DNA of 64,000 nt from Deltaproteobacteria bacterium. Its GTDB lineage: Bacteria; Desulfobacterota; DSM-4660; Desulfatiglandales; Desulfatiglandaceae. Location: assembly GCA_019307945.1 (NCBI GenBank), contig JAFDIS010000003.1, positions 19,357-83,356 on the forward strand, written 5' to 3'. A model generated the notes under the pieces. It did no database searches. It was given only the letters and a program-made list of their open reading frames with translations, and had not been told where the DNA came from. This document shows positions 36,665 to 46,564 of this stretch, piece after piece; the stretch's first letter is position 1; each line of letters begins with the position of its first letter. A program made the translations under genes and the position numbers.

Positions 36665-37392
36665 AACGATCCCTGATCCTCGCCCTGAACACCACAACCA
36701 TGCAATACGGCCTGGCCCTGCTCCGGGAGGCAGGCAGCGTGGTGGCCGAAGAGATCCGGGAGGGCCGGGATCGTCGGTTCGGGGGCCTCATGCCCGTTCT
36801 CGGGAGAATGCTGGAGGAATCCCGGGCATCTCTTCAATCGCTGAAAGCCGTGGCCGTGGCGACCGGTCCGGGGAGCTTTACAGGGCTCCGGGTGGGGCTT
36901 TCAGCGGCCAAAGGACTCTGCCACGGCCTTGGCATCCCCCTGATCGGAATCTCCAGTCTAGAGGCCCTGGCGCATCAGGTGCCCTTCTCACCCGGGCCGG
37001 TATGCGCCCTAGTCGATTCCCGACGGGGCGAATTTTTCGTGGCACGATTCAGGCATACCGAAAACGGGCGTCTCCAACGGACGACGGACGACGAGTGCCT
37101 GGGCGCGGATGATCTCAGGGACAGAGCGTGGGAACCGGCCGTATGGATTGGCAATGATTACTCGAAGCAGGCCCCGATCCTGGAACAGGCCCTTGACGGG
37201 ACCGCCCTCCTCGCGCCACCCCAGATGTGGCACATCAGGGCCTCCTCAGTGGGGGCACTGGCCATGGAACGCCTGCGGAAAGGGGACACGGACGATCTGG
37301 GGACCCTCAAACCCTTGTATCACCGCCCTCCCGACATTCGCCCCAACCCCTATCCCCTCAGGGGGGGGTTCGAGAAGCGACAAGGACGTTGA
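36661..37392 (+). CDS. tsaB: tRNA t6A37 threonylcarbamoyl transfer protein TsaB (YeaZ)
   Basis: Contains ILALNTTT and VATGPGSFTGLRVGLSAAKGL. The start overlaps the rseP stop (ATGA). Confidence 0.85.
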   Translation: MKRSLILALNTTTMQYGLALLREAGSVVAEEIREGRDRRFGGLMPVLGRMLEESRASLQSLKAVAVATGPGSFTGLRVGLSAAKGLCHGLGIPLIGISSLEALAHQVPFSPGPVCALVDSRRGEFFVARFRHTENGRLQRTTDDECLGADDLRDRAWEPAVWIGNDYSKQAPILEQALDGTALLAPPQMWHIRASSVGALAMERLRKGDTDDLGTLKPLYHRPPDIRPNPYPLRGGFEKRQGR

Positions 37393-37467
37393 CAAACTAG
37401 TGGGAACAGGTTAAGGGTGCGGTACCCGGGGAGGGGGACGCCCCCTGAGGATCCCTTTGAACACTGC

Positions 37468-38205
37468 ATGAACGGCGAATCAACGATAACGGACAAAGCT
37501 CGGGAGTGCGACGTCGTGTCGCCCCCGGAGCGGAGAAATGAGACCTTGGACCGAAAGGCCATAGAGAACTGTTGGCCCCTGGCCAGGGAGGGAGTCCCTC
37601 TCGTATTGGGAGGATGCCTTCTCACCGCCGTTTGCGCCTACACCCGGATGCCTTGGCTTGCCCTCGTCATTGGACTGCTGACCGCCTTTACCGCCCTCTT
37701 TTTCAGGGATCCTGACCGACGGAGCGATGCGCCGTCCCATGCCGTGCTCACACCGGCCGACGGCAGGGTCATCCGGGTGCGGCACCTGTCGGAACAGGAA
37801 AGTCCGCTGAACGGACCAGCCACCCAGATCAGCATCTTCATGTCGATATTTAACGTGCACGTGAACCGCATACCGACCTCGGGCGTCATCGAGGCGGTCC
37901 GTCACCGGCGGGGCAAGTTCTTTTCAGCCCACCTGGACAGGGCATCGATCCAGAACGAGCAAAACGCCCTCACCCTCCGCACGGCGGACGACAAAGAGAT
38001 CGTGTTCGTCCAGGTGGCGGGCCTCATCGCCCGGCGTATCGCGTGCTGGGTCAGACAGGGAGATAGTGTGATCCGCGGGCAAAGATTCGGGCTGATTCGA
38101 TTCGGCTCCCGGCTGGACGTCTATCTCCCTGCCGAATACCGGGTCACGGCCCGACCGGGACAAAAAGTAAAGGCTGGAATCAGTGTGGTGGGGTATCTAT
38201 CATGA
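37468..38205 (+). CDS. psd: Phosphatidylserine decarboxylase proenzyme (short type)
   Basis: Contains LTPADGRV, IFMSIFNVHVNRIP and IRFGSRLDVYLP (GS cleavage site). The start is uncertain: GTG 37417, ATG 37468 or TTG 37546. Confidence 0.85.
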   Translation: MNGESTITDKARECDVVSPPERRNETLDRKAIENCWPLAREGVPLVLGGCLLTAVCAYTRMPWLALVIGLLTAFTALFFRDPDRRSDAPSHAVLTPADGRVIRVRHLSEQESPLNGPATQISIFMSIFNVHVNRIPTSGVIEAVRHRRGKFFSAHLDRASIQNEQNALTLRTADDKEIVFVQVAGLIARRIACWVRQGDSVIRGQRFGLIRFGSRLDVYLPAEYRVTARPGQKVKAGISVVGYLS

Positions 38206-39023
38206 GAAACAGGCGTAAGCGACGGCCCAGGAAGCGAAGCGGAAAGCGGGGGATCTACATCCTTCCCAACCTCTTCACCTCGGCAAGTCTTTTCAGCGGC
38301 TTTTTCGCAATCATCGCCGGGATCCAGGGAAGATACGAGTCCGCCGCAGCGGCCATCTTGGTGTCCTGCCTCTTTGACGCCCTGGACGGCAAGATCGCCC
38401 GTTACACGGGCACCACCAGCCAGTTCGGTACGGAATACGATTCCCTGTCTGACCTGGTGGCATTCGGTGTGGCGCCCGGCATACTGGCCTTTCAGTGGGC
38501 CCTTTCACCTTTCGGGCGGCTGGGGTGGCTGGCCTCTTTCATGTATGTCATCTGCGGTGCCCTGCGCCTGGCCCGGTTCAATGTGCAAAAGGACACGGTG
38601 GAACCCAAGTATTTCAAGGGGCTCCCGATCCCTGCGGCGGCGAGTTTCATCGCCACGCTCACCCTGTTTTCCATGGCGGTCGGAGGGCTCGCCGACACGA
38701 GACACATCCTGATCATCGTCCTCATATACGCCTTGTCCTTTCTCATGGTGAGCACCGTTTATTATCCGAGTTTCAAGGAACTGGAACTGAGAAAGGCGAA
38801 ACCGTTCAACGTGCTCGTCGCCGTCATCCTGATTTTTATAGTCGTGGCATACAAGCCGCGGATCATGCTCTTTTTTATCGTCGTAACCTATGTGCTTTCG
38901 GGCCCCGTCCTCACCCTGATCAGGCGCAGGAGGCGGGCGAAGGAGACAGAGGCACCCCGCAGCCCGGGGTTGACCGTTCCGGGGGAAAGGCAGGAGGCCA
39001 CAAAACAACGCGTGTCTCCCTGA
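38202..39023 (+). CDS. pssA: CDP-diacylglycerol--serine O-phosphatidyltransferase
   Basis: CDP-alcohol phosphatidyltransferase motif DALDGKIAR...G...DSLSD. The start overlaps the psd stop. Confidence 0.9.
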   Translation: MRNRRKRRPRKRSGKRGIYILPNLFTSASLFSGFFAIIAGIQGRYESAAAAILVSCLFDALDGKIARYTGTTSQFGTEYDSLSDLVAFGVAPGILAFQWALSPFGRLGWLASFMYVICGALRLARFNVQKDTVEPKYFKGLPIPAAASFIATLTLFSMAVGGLADTRHILIIVLIYALSFLMVSTVYYPSFKELELRKAKPFNVLVAVILIFIVVAYKPRIMLFFIVVTYVLSGPVLTLIRRRRRAKETEAPRSPGLTVPGERQEATKQRVSP

Positions 39024-39028
39024 AACCC

Positions 39029-39586
39029 ATGCGAATCACCGGGGGCCGGGCCCGAGGCCGGATTCTGGCCTCGCCGAAGGGCCGACGCATCAGACCAACC
39101 GCCGATCTCGTCAGGGAGGCGGTGTTCAACATCCTGGGGCACGACCTCGAGGGATACCGCGTGCTGGATCTTTTCGCCGGAACCGGGGCACTGGGCATGG
39201 AGGCGCTGAGCAGGAATGCCGCCTTCGCGGTGTTTGTGGACGCCTCTCCCGGTTCACTCGCCATCGTCCGAAGGAATCTTCGGTCGTGCGGGTTCGAGGG
39301 GTCAGGCGCGGCGATCAGGCGGGACCTGCGCAGGGGGATTCCTCGAAATCACCGCCTCTTCCGGGAACCCTTTGACCTGGTGTTCCTGGATCCCCCTTAC
39401 GGGAAGGGCTTGATCCCGCCGCTCCTTGAGGAAATGCCGGACAAAGGGATCGTGGAGGCCGGGTCGCGTATCGTGGTGGAATCGGCCCGTTCCGAACGGC
39501 TTCCGGAAGGCACCGCGTGCCTGACCTTGCTCGATCGACGAATCTATGGTGACACCCAGGTCGCCTTTTACTGCAGAGAGGTGTAA
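39029..39586 (+). CDS. rsmD: 16S rRNA (guanine966-N2)-methyltransferase
   Basis: Starts MRITGGRARGRILASPKG..RPT and contains LDLFAGTGALGMEALSR and FLDPPY. The internal ATG at 39029 is preferred. Confidence 0.88.
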   Translation: MRITGGRARGRILASPKGRRIRPTADLVREAVFNILGHDLEGYRVLDLFAGTGALGMEALSRNAAFAVFVDASPGSLAIVRRNLRSCGFEGSGAAIRRDLRRGIPRNHRLFREPFDLVFLDPPYGKGLIPPLLEEMPDKGIVEAGSRIVVESARSERLPEGTACLTLLDRRIYGDTQVAFYCREV

Positions 39587-39588
39587 AA

Positions 39589-40086
39589 TTGAGCGCTGAA
39601 ACAGCCATTTATCCCGGAACCTTTGACCCAATCACCAACGGACACCTGAGCATCGTAAAACGAGCACTCACGATCTTCGACCGAATCGTGGTGGCCATCC
39701 TGGACAACCCTCAGAAGGCCCCCCTGTTCACGCTGGAGGAACGCATTTTCATGATAAAGGAGGCCATGGAGGGCCTTCACAATGTGGAAGTGGACACCTT
39801 CAACGGTCTGCTGGTGGATTATGCAGTGGCCAAAGAGGTCAACGTCATCATCCGCGGTCTGCGGGCCATGTCCGACTTCGAGTACGAGTTCCAGATGGCA
39901 CTGATGAACAGGAAACTCAATCGGGAGGTACAGACGCTTTTCCTCGTGACCGACTACAAGTGGTTTTACACGAGTTCCACCATCATCAAGGAGGCGGCAA
40001 GCTTCGGGGGAGAGGTGGCGGATCTCGTCCCGAAGATCGTGGACCTGAAATTGAAGGAGAAGTTCGGCGCCGCAAAAAATGCTTGA
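39589..40086 (+). CDS. coaD: Phosphopantetheine adenylyltransferase
   Basis: Contains IYPGTFDPITNGHL and RGLRAMSDFEYE. TTG start. Confidence 0.92.
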   Translation: MSAETAIYPGTFDPITNGHLSIVKRALTIFDRIVVAILDNPQKAPLFTLEERIFMIKEAMEGLHNVEVDTFNGLLVDYAVAKEVNVIIRGLRAMSDFEYEFQMALMNRKLNREVQTLFLVTDYKWFYTSSTIIKEAASFGGEVADLVPKIVDLKLKEKFGAAKNA

Positions 40087-40180
40087 CACGGCCCGAGCCA
40101 TAAGCCATATTACTTACTCAAAAAATCCAGCTTCACCCCCGTCGGCCGCCGCTCCGGGGACCAGATGAGGAGGATCTGAC

Positions 40181-40468
40181 GTGGCCTTGACGAAAGAGAA
40201 GACCGTCAACAGCGTTTATCATCAGGTGGGTTTGAGCAAGAGCCAGTCCAGGACAGTGGTGGAAACCCTGTTCGAAATCATCAAGAGCACCCTGGAAAAA
40301 GGCGAGGATCTGCTGATCAGTGGTTTCGGAAAGTTCGTGGTGAAGGAAAAGGCGGCGAGACGCGGTAGAAATCCTCAAACCACGGAAGACCTGCAGTTGA
40401 GAGCCCGTCGGGTGGTGGTCTTCAAGACCTCCGGAGTGTTGCGGAACAAGATCAACGGCGGTTCATAG
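40181..40468 (+). CDS. ihfA: Integration host factor alpha / HU-family DNA-binding protein
   Basis: Starts MALTKEK and contains SGFGKFVVKEKAARRGRNPQT and RRVVVFK. GTG start. Confidence 0.85.
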   Translation: MALTKEKTVNSVYHQVGLSKSQSRTVVETLFEIIKSTLEKGEDLLISGFGKFVVKEKAARRGRNPQTTEDLQLRARRVVVFKTSGVLRNKINGGS

Positions 40469-41272
40469 GCGAACCACGAAGGCCTCCTCGAAGCCCATGT
40501 CTTCAAGTCTCTTTTCGATTTCGCGGGCCCTGCGCACTTGCCCCGAGCGGAAAACCCGAACCCTGTAAAGAATCTTCCCGTCGTTATCCCGGAACTCGGA
40601 CACCTCCACGTCGTCGAACAGCACTGTCAGCCTGTCGGCCACGCGCAGTGCATTCTCCCTGTCACGAAAGGCGCCTACCTGCACCGCGAAACTTCCCCGT
40701 GTCAGGTCTTCCACCCGCACCACCGGACGCACCCCGTGCCCGGTCCGGAGTTTGCCGACTTCTTTTCCCAGCGCCACGACGCGGACCGGCGCCGTCCCGG
40801 GTCCCACCAGACCGATGGCCTTTGCCGCCGCGTAGGACAGGTCGATCACCCGCCCCTTTACGAAAGGACCCCTATCATTGATGCGAACCACGATCTTTTT
40901 CCCGTTCCGCAGGTTGGTCACCAGCACGTGGGTGCCCAAAGGGAGGATCTTGTGCGCGGCGCTCTTCCGGTACATATCGAAGATCTCGCCGCTGGCCGTC
41001 CTCCTGCCGTGGAACTTTTTCCCGTACCAGGAGGCAATGCCCGTCTCCCGGAATCCCTGGGCCTCAGGGAGCGGATAGTAGGTCTCGCCGTTGACCACGT
41101 AGGGCTCGAAGGATTTCCCTTTCCTCCCTTCCGGCAGGAGTAGCAGTTTCCTCGAGGGCGTCCGGGGTCCCCCGACGTAATGGGTTCTTGCTGCGCATCC
41201 GCTCAGGAGCACCACGGAAATAAGAAGAACCCACGGAATTCTCTTAAGAAAACGTCCTTGTCTCACGCTCAT
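40463..41272 (-). CDS. rlpA: Septal ring lytic transglycosylase RlpA-family lipoprotein (DPBB plus SPOR domains)
   Basis: Signal peptide and lipobox (LLISVVLLSGCA). DPBB region (GIASWYG..FHGRRTASGE, VTNL.NGK..VVRINDRGPF). The C-terminal segment is SPOR-like. Confidence 0.85.
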   Translation of the reverse strand: MSVRQGRFLKRIPWVLLISVVLLSGCAARTHYVGGPRTPSRKLLLLPEGRKGKSFEPYVVNGETYYPLPEAQGFRETGIASWYGKKFHGRRTASGEIFDMYRKSAAHKILPLGTHVLVTNLRNGKKIVVRINDRGPFVKGRVIDLSYAAAKAIGLVGPGTAPVRVVALGKEVGKLRTGHGVRPVVRVEDLTRGSFAVQVGAFRDRENALRVADRLTVLFDDVEVSEFRDNDGKILYRVRVFRSGQVRRAREIEKRLEDMGFEEAFVVRL

Positions 41273-41309
41273 GGCGCTGTTTCCCATGCCACCCCGGATG
41301 GACCGTAAC

Positions 41310-41810
41310 CTATGTGCCCAGGGCAATGGAAAGAGCCGTTGTCAATCGTGTGACATCCCGGCTCGCCTGCCGCAACCTCGAGATGAGCAGTCTGGAGATC
41401 TCCAGAAGCACCTTCACTCCCATGGCGGGCTCTTCCTCCATGAGGCGCAGGAAGTCGTCCCGCTTGATCTCCAGGAGCCTGCAGTCCTTCACCGCGGTGA
41501 TTGTGGCCGAGCGCGTCTCCCGGCCGATGAGGGCCATCTCCCCGAAGACCTCGTGATCTTCGGGCCGGTACCGGCTGAGAATTTTTTCCGCCTCCCGAAA
41601 ATCCCCCTCACCGAACTTCATGGTGAGGGTCTTACTCACCTCGACCTCCCCCTCGAGAACCAGGTACATGGTGTCGCCTTCCTCGCCCTCCTTCATAATG
41701 AGTTCTCCCCCGGCGAAGTTGCGCTCGGCCGTGATCCGCAGCATGCGCGCCACTTCTTCCTCATCCAGAACACGGAAGATCGGGATCTTTCTCAGTTCCT
41801 CGGGATTCAT
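41310..41810 (-). CDS. Stand-alone cyclic-nucleotide-binding (CAP_ED) domain protein
   Basis: Contains IPIFRVLDEEE, GDTMYLVLEGEVEV and FGEMALIGRETRSATITA. The ATG at 41810 lies 8 nt after the channel stop, with a GAGGGG RBS inside the channel's 3' end. An alternative GTG at 41822 overlaps that stop. Confidence 0.8.
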   Translation of the reverse strand: MNPEELRKIPIFRVLDEEEVARMLRITAERNFAGGELIMKEGEEGDTMYLVLEGEVEVSKTLTMKFGEGDFREAEKILSRYRPEDHEVFGEMALIGRETRSATITAVKDCRLLEIKRDDFLRLMEEEPAMGVKVLLEISRLLISRLRQASRDVTRLTTALSIALGT

Positions 41811-41818
41811 ACCACCCC

Positions 41819-43063
41819 TCACGGAGCACCGCCCACCAGTCTTTCCACGATTCCCCCTTCGGTGGGACGTTCCCGGGACAGAACCAGGATCCAGTCGTGT
41901 GCCGTCAGCTCGTAATCATCGGGCGGATTCAGTTGAACCGTAGCCCGTCTTCGATCGCCGAAAAATTCCTTGCCCGATTCGGCGAATTTCTTTTTGATGA
42001 ATTCGTCAACCGCCGAGTAACCTTCCGACAGGATGTCCTCCAACCCGATGCCTCTTTCCTCACGCAGCACGGCCAGGAGCAGTCCCCCGGTACGTTCCCG
42101 AATGTGGGAGGCCAGGTCCCGCACGGGCTTTCCCGTATAGCGCGCAGGCACCCTGACGCGCCACAGCCGGTTTTCGTCCTCATCGTTTGCCAGCATGCGA
42201 AGGGCCTCGGTCATGCCGGGGTCTGTGGCCGCCTTGGCCAGCAGGGAGCCGGAAGACTGGCCGCGCACGATGATCTCGTCCACATGAGCACGGTTGAGAT
42301 GCTCTCGGTTTTCCGGGTGAAGGAGTTCGGCGCAGGTGCGTACCTTGGAGGCCATGGCCTTGATGGCCAGGGTACCGAAGATCGTTCTTTCATCCGCCTT
42401 TTCCAGCGTATGACCGCCCGATGTGTCGGCCAGGACGATGGCCGCCTTCGCCCGCGACAGATTGGCCCTGGCCAGGACATCTTCCTTGACGAAATTCCCG
42501 CGCACGAAACGCACCCGGTGCTCGCGATATCTGTACTGGATCGTGTGAATATCGTCGCGGTCCAGTTCGTTTACCAGGACGATCACCAGGTGGGTCCCGC
42601 GGGCGCGTGCCAGGATTCCGTCGATGACCTGGAAACCGTTCTCGTTCCATCCGCACACAAGGATATGATCCTTGTCCTTGATTCTTTCCAAGCCCTTGCC
42701 CTCCCGGATCTTGCGCTCCACGAACACCGAGGCCACCGAGGCGGTGATGATGGAGAGGAGGGCCGGGCCGCTCAAGATGATCAACAGCCCGGCGATCTTT
42801 CCCAGGGTGGAGGTGGGGACCACGTCGCCGTATCCCACGGTGGTGATGGTCACCACGGCCCACCAAAGGGCGTCGAACAGCCCGCTGGGCCCCTTGCTGA
42901 CGTAATAGCGATCCGCGAAGAACAGCGCCACTGCCCCGAAGAGGACCAGCGCCAGGGTAAAGGCCAGGATCCGGAAAACCTTCTCGTTCTTGAGAAGGTA
43001 AAAGAACTCCTTTACCGTACCGAAAATCCCCCCGGCACCCGCACCGTCACGCCAAGCACCCAT
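41819..43063 (-). CDS. Two-TM potassium channel with cytoplasmic RCK (TrkA-N/TrkA-C) domains, MthK-like
   Basis: Selectivity filter TTVGYGD flanked by two hydrophobic helices, followed by the ILVCGWNENG Rossmann-type RCK region. Confidence 0.85.
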   Translation of the reverse strand: MGAWRDGAGAGGIFGTVKEFFYLLKNEKVFRILAFTLALVLFGAVALFFADRYYVSKGPSGLFDALWWAVVTITTVGYGDVVPTSTLGKIAGLLIILSGPALLSIITASVASVFVERKIREGKGLERIKDKDHILVCGWNENGFQVIDGILARARGTHLVIVLVNELDRDDIHTIQYRYREHRVRFVRGNFVKEDVLARANLSRAKAAIVLADTSGGHTLEKADERTIFGTLAIKAMASKVRTCAELLHPENREHLNRAHVDEIIVRGQSSGSLLAKAATDPGMTEALRMLANDEDENRLWRVRVPARYTGKPVRDLASHIRERTGGLLLAVLREERGIGLEDILSEGYSAVDEFIKKKFAESGKEFFGDRRRATVQLNPPDDYELTAHDWILVLSRERPTEGGIVERLVGGAP

Positions 43064-43124
43064 GGATCATCCTTCCCCCGATCCGTCTCGTCTCGAAAAT
43101 GTCGCTGCGGAACCCGGCCGCGGG

Positions 43125-44267
43125 CTAATCTCCCCTGAATATATCCCGGCCCGCCACCAGCCGCATGATCTGGTTGGTCCCGGTGTAGAGCTGAATCAAT
43201 TTGGCATCGCGCATCATTCTCTCCACCGGGAAGTCCTTCATATAGCCGTATCCTCCCAGGACCTGCACCGCATCGGTGGTAACCTTCATGGCCGTGTCCG
43301 AAGCCACGAACTTGGCCATGGCGCAGAAACGTGTGATCTGCCGCTTTTTCCCCTCGTCCAGCAGCCGCGCAGCCCGGTAGGTGAGCATGCGCGCGGCCTC
43401 CGTGTAGGCCACCATGTCAGCCACCATGAACTGGATCGCCTGGAGCGAGGCGATGGGGCCGCCGAACTGGACCCGCTCCCTGGCGTAACCCACGGCTTCA
43501 TCCACGGCACCCTGGGCCAACCCCACCGCCTGTGAGGCCGCAAACAGGCGGCTGCCGTCAAGGGTTTCCATCATGTTGGCAAATCCCTCGCCTTCCTCGC
43601 CCACACGGTTTTGCACGGGCACGGCCAGTGCTTCGAAAATCAACTCCGAGTTCACGGAGCCCCGCATGCCCATCTTGTCCTCGTTCTTCCCGTAGGCCAG
43701 CCCCGCGCTTCCCTTCTCCACCACGAAGGCGCTCATTCCCTTGGCCTTGCGGGCCGGATTCGTGTATGCGAACACCGTGATCACGTCTGCGATGCTCCCA
43801 TTGGTGATAAAGCATTTCCGACCGTCGAGGACGTAATGGTCACCGTTTGGAACGGCACGCGTTTTCATGGACAGGATGTCGGAACCCGCCCCCGGCTCGG
43901 TGGCCGCAAAGGCCGAAAGAGAGCCGCTCGCCAGGCGGGGCAGGTAGGTTTCCTTCAATATGTCCGACCCCCGGGAGTGGATGGGAAGGAATCCGTCGGC
44001 CTGGGCGATAAGAATGAGGGCCGCCGAAGGCGAGGCCTTGGAGATCTCCTCGATGATCATCGCGAAAAGGAGATATTCCGCACCGATACCGCCGTACTGT
44101 TCCGGAAGGAGCGGGGCCAAAAGCCCGTTTTGCGCATAGACCTCCACGATATCCCAGGGAAATTCGTCCTTGCTGTCGATTTCGGCCGCGCGGGGCGCAA
44201 TACGATCCCGCACCACGTCGCGAACCGTGTTGAGGACCATCTCCTGCTCATCGTTCAACGGTATCAT
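43125..44267 (-). CDS. Acyl-CoA dehydrogenase
   Basis: 380 aa with AFAATEPGAGSD, FITNG, the C-terminal QVLGGYGY and IYTGTNQI. Confidence 0.88.
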   Translation of the reverse strand: MIPLNDEQEMVLNTVRDVVRDRIAPRAAEIDSKDEFPWDIVEVYAQNGLLAPLLPEQYGGIGAEYLLFAMIIEEISKASPSAALILIAQADGFLPIHSRGSDILKETYLPRLASGSLSAFAATEPGAGSDILSMKTRAVPNGDHYVLDGRKCFITNGSIADVITVFAYTNPARKAKGMSAFVVEKGSAGLAYGKNEDKMGMRGSVNSELIFEALAVPVQNRVGEEGEGFANMMETLDGSRLFAASQAVGLAQGAVDEAVGYARERVQFGGPIASLQAIQFMVADMVAYTEAARMLTYRAARLLDEGKKRQITRFCAMAKFVASDTAMKVTTDAVQVLGGYGYMKDFPVERMMRDAKLIQLYTGTNQIMRLVAGRDIFRGD

Positions 44268-44388
44268 GAAACCGTACCTCCTGCCTCAGGAATCCATGTT
44301 GGAAAACGATATAATGAATTCGGGGCCCGAGTCAACGGCCGCCTTCTCCCCTGCAAGACGATCCAGGGGAGGTTTGGGGAGGGGGACT

Positions 44389-45534
44389 TCAGCGCCCGGA
44401 GCGGCCTTCTTCCTTGAGGATCTCGCGGCCGATCACGATCCGCTGGATCTGGTTGGCCCCTTCGAAGATCTGTGTCAATTTCGCGTCCCGGTAATGCCGT
44501 TCCACGGGGTAATCCTTGCAGTAACCGTACCCCCCGAGGATCTGGACCGCGTCGGAAGCCACACGCACGGCGGTGTCGCTGCAGAAACACTTGGCCATGG
44601 AGGCAAGCTTCGTATTCTTTCGCCCCCGGTCGTTGTCCCTGGCGGCGCGCCATATGAGACCCCGTCCCGCCTCTATGGAGGTCCACGCGTCAGCCACCAT
44701 AAAGCGAATCGCCTGGTGATCCACGAGCCTCTTGTTGAATGTGCGTCTTTCCACGGCATAGCGGAGCGCGGCGTCGGCAGCGGCCTCTGCGATCCCGAGG
44801 GCCAGGGCCGCCACGCCCGGCCGCGTGGCGTCGAAATCCCGCATGGCGATCTCAAAACCCTTTCCCTCTTCTCCCACGAGGCAGTGGGAGGGCAGGAACA
44901 CCTCCTCCAGGAAGACCTGCTGCGTATTGCTTCCGCGGAAACCCAGTTTGTCCTCCGCCTTGCCGCGCACCACGCCTTCGGTTTCCATTTCCAGGACAAA
45001 AAAACTGAGCCCCCCATCATCCGTTCGGCACAACACGGAGGCCAGGGAGCATACACCTCCGTTGGAAACGAAATTCTTGGTCCCATCCAAGACGTAACCG
45101 CCTTCGACGCTTCGGGCGCGGGATCTCAGAGCGGCCACGTCGGAGCCCGCCTCGGGTTCCGTGACCATATAGCCGATCAATTCCCGACCTTCCGAAAGCC
45201 TCGGGAAAAATTTCTCCTGCTGCTCCCGGCTCCCGGCCTCCACCAGAGGAAAGAGGCCCGCGGTCTGGATGATCAGGTTGAGCGCCGTCGAAGCACAGGC
45301 GCGCGCCACCTCCTCGATACAAAGACAGAACATGAGACAGCGGTCCTGTTCCAGGCCCCCGTAGGCGGGCGGCAGGAAGATCTGCAAAAGTCCCACCTCG
45401 AACAACATATCCGCCATATCGGTCCGAAAAACGCCCTCCCTGTCGATCCGGGCGGCCGCCGGAGCGATGACCTCCCTGCTCATGCGGCGCACGCTTTCAA
45501 GCATGAGCATCTGAGAAGAATTCAGTTCCCACAT
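44389..45534 (-). CDS. Acyl-CoA dehydrogenase
   Basis: 381 aa with [24 protein letters not shown] and IFEGANQI. Confidence 0.88.
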   Translation of the reverse strand: MWELNSSQMLMLESVRRMSREVIAPAAARIDREGVFRTDMADMLFEVGLLQIFLPPAYGGLEQDRCLMFCLCIEEVARACASTALNLIIQTAGLFPLVEAGSREQQEKFFPRLSEGRELIGYMVTEPEAGSDVAALRSRARSVEGGYVLDGTKNFVSNGGVCSLASVLCRTDDGGLSFFVLEMETEGVVRGKAEDKLGFRGSNTQQVFLEEVFLPSHCLVGEEGKGFEIAMRDFDATRPGVAALALGIAEAAADAALRYAVERRTFNKRLVDHQAIRFMVADAWTSIEAGRGLIWRAARDNDRGRKNTKLASMAKCFCSDTAVRVASDAVQILGGYGYCKDYPVERHYRDAKLTQIFEGANQIQRIVIGREILKEEGRSGR

Positions 45535-45540
45535 TGTCCC

Positions 45541-46341
45541 TTACAACCTCCCTCCCTCTCCGAGACTCATCTCGGCCGCGATCCGTTTGACCCACGCCCC
45601 GTAAGTCTCCTCGCGCCCCTCTTCACGTATCCTGAAGGCCGGACAAGCCAGGGCGATACAGGCCGAAACCCTGCCGTCCCCGTCAAAAACCGGGGCGGCC
45701 ACCCGCGCCACCCCCTCCCTCATCTCCTCCACGTCCACGGCAAAACCGCTCGCCCGGACACGCTCCAATTCCTTTTCCAGGTCCTCCATACTCTGGATGG
45801 TCTTGGGGGTGAGCCGCGCCAGGCCCAGCCGCGCCAACACCAGGCGCATCTTCTCCGCATTCATGTGGGCCAGATAGACCTTCCCCGGAGCGGTGGCGTG
45901 AAAGTAGGGCATGGCGCTTCCCGGGTGCGAGTAAAGATACACGGCATTGGGCCCCGTCACCTGGTCCATGAGCACAAGCTGGTCGCGGATTCTCACGTCA
46001 AGCTCCGACGTCTCTCCGGTGGCCTCCGAAAGCCGTCTCAGGTAGACCCTCGCATTGGAGCGAAAGTGACTCCCGCCAAGAACGATGCTGCCCATGTACA
46101 TGAACCGAAACCCCAGGCGATACGTGTGCCTCTTGCGATCGAAGATGACGTATCCCCGAGCCTCGAGCACCTTCATGATTCGCCAGAGGGAGGCCATGGG
46201 GATGTTCAGGGCATCGACCAGCTCCTGCAGGCCCATCTCGTAAGGATCCTCTGCCAGGGCCTCCATGACCATCAGCCCCCGCTCCAGCGCGGGGGCCTTG
46301 GCCAAGGATTTATTTTTCATATTTGAAACATTTTGTTTCAT
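45541..46341 (-). CDS. IclR-family transcriptional regulator
   Basis: Contains ALERGLMVMEAL (wHTH) and LGFRF, followed by a C-terminal effector-binding domain. The start is uncertain (46395, 46341 or 46320). The gene lies 6 nt upstream of the ACAD gene. Confidence 0.82.
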   Translation of the reverse strand: MKQNVSNMKNKSLAKAPALERGLMVMEALAEDPYEMGLQELVDALNIPMASLWRIMKVLEARGYVIFDRKRHTYRLGFRFMYMGSIVLGGSHFRSNARVYLRRLSEATGETSELDVRIRDQLVLMDQVTGPNAVYLYSHPGSAMPYFHATAPGKVYLAHMNAEKMRLVLARLGLARLTPKTIQSMEDLEKELERVRASGFAVDVEEMREGVARVAAPVFDGDGRVSACIALACPAFRIREEGREETYGAWVKRIAAEMSLGEGGRL

Positions 46342-46446
46342 AAAAGATATTTTACGACTATTCCTTGCACGTGTCAAGGAGAAAACAGGTATCACTTCGA
46401 CCGCTTCCCGCCTCTGTCCGGGCCCCTGGAGGAAGACCGATTTTCC

Positions 46447-46475
46447 TTGACACCCCCCGGCGTTTCTTCTAGATT
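46447..46475 (+). promoter_or_regulatory. Sigma70-like promoter TTGACA-N17-TAGATT for the SDR-had-oah-dch operon
   Basis: TTGACA at 46447-46452 and TAGATT at 46470-46475, about 90 nt upstream of the ATG at 46565. Confidence 0.4.
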
Positions 46476-46479
46476 CTGC

Positions 46480-46504
46480 ATTGTAATCATATTGTAACTA
46501 CAAT
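46480..46504. promoter_or_regulatory. Candidate operator: ATTGTAA half-site plus the perfect palindrome ATTGTA-AC-TACAAT
   Basis: Half-site ATTGTAA at 46480-46486. Palindrome ATTGTAACTACAAT at 46491-46504, immediately downstream of the -10 element. Adjacent to a divergent IclR gene. Confidence 0.35.
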
Positions 46505-46564
46505 GTAGTCATTCCAATCAATGACCCAACCGTCCTTGGGGGAGGCTGAAAGGGGGGAGACGGC

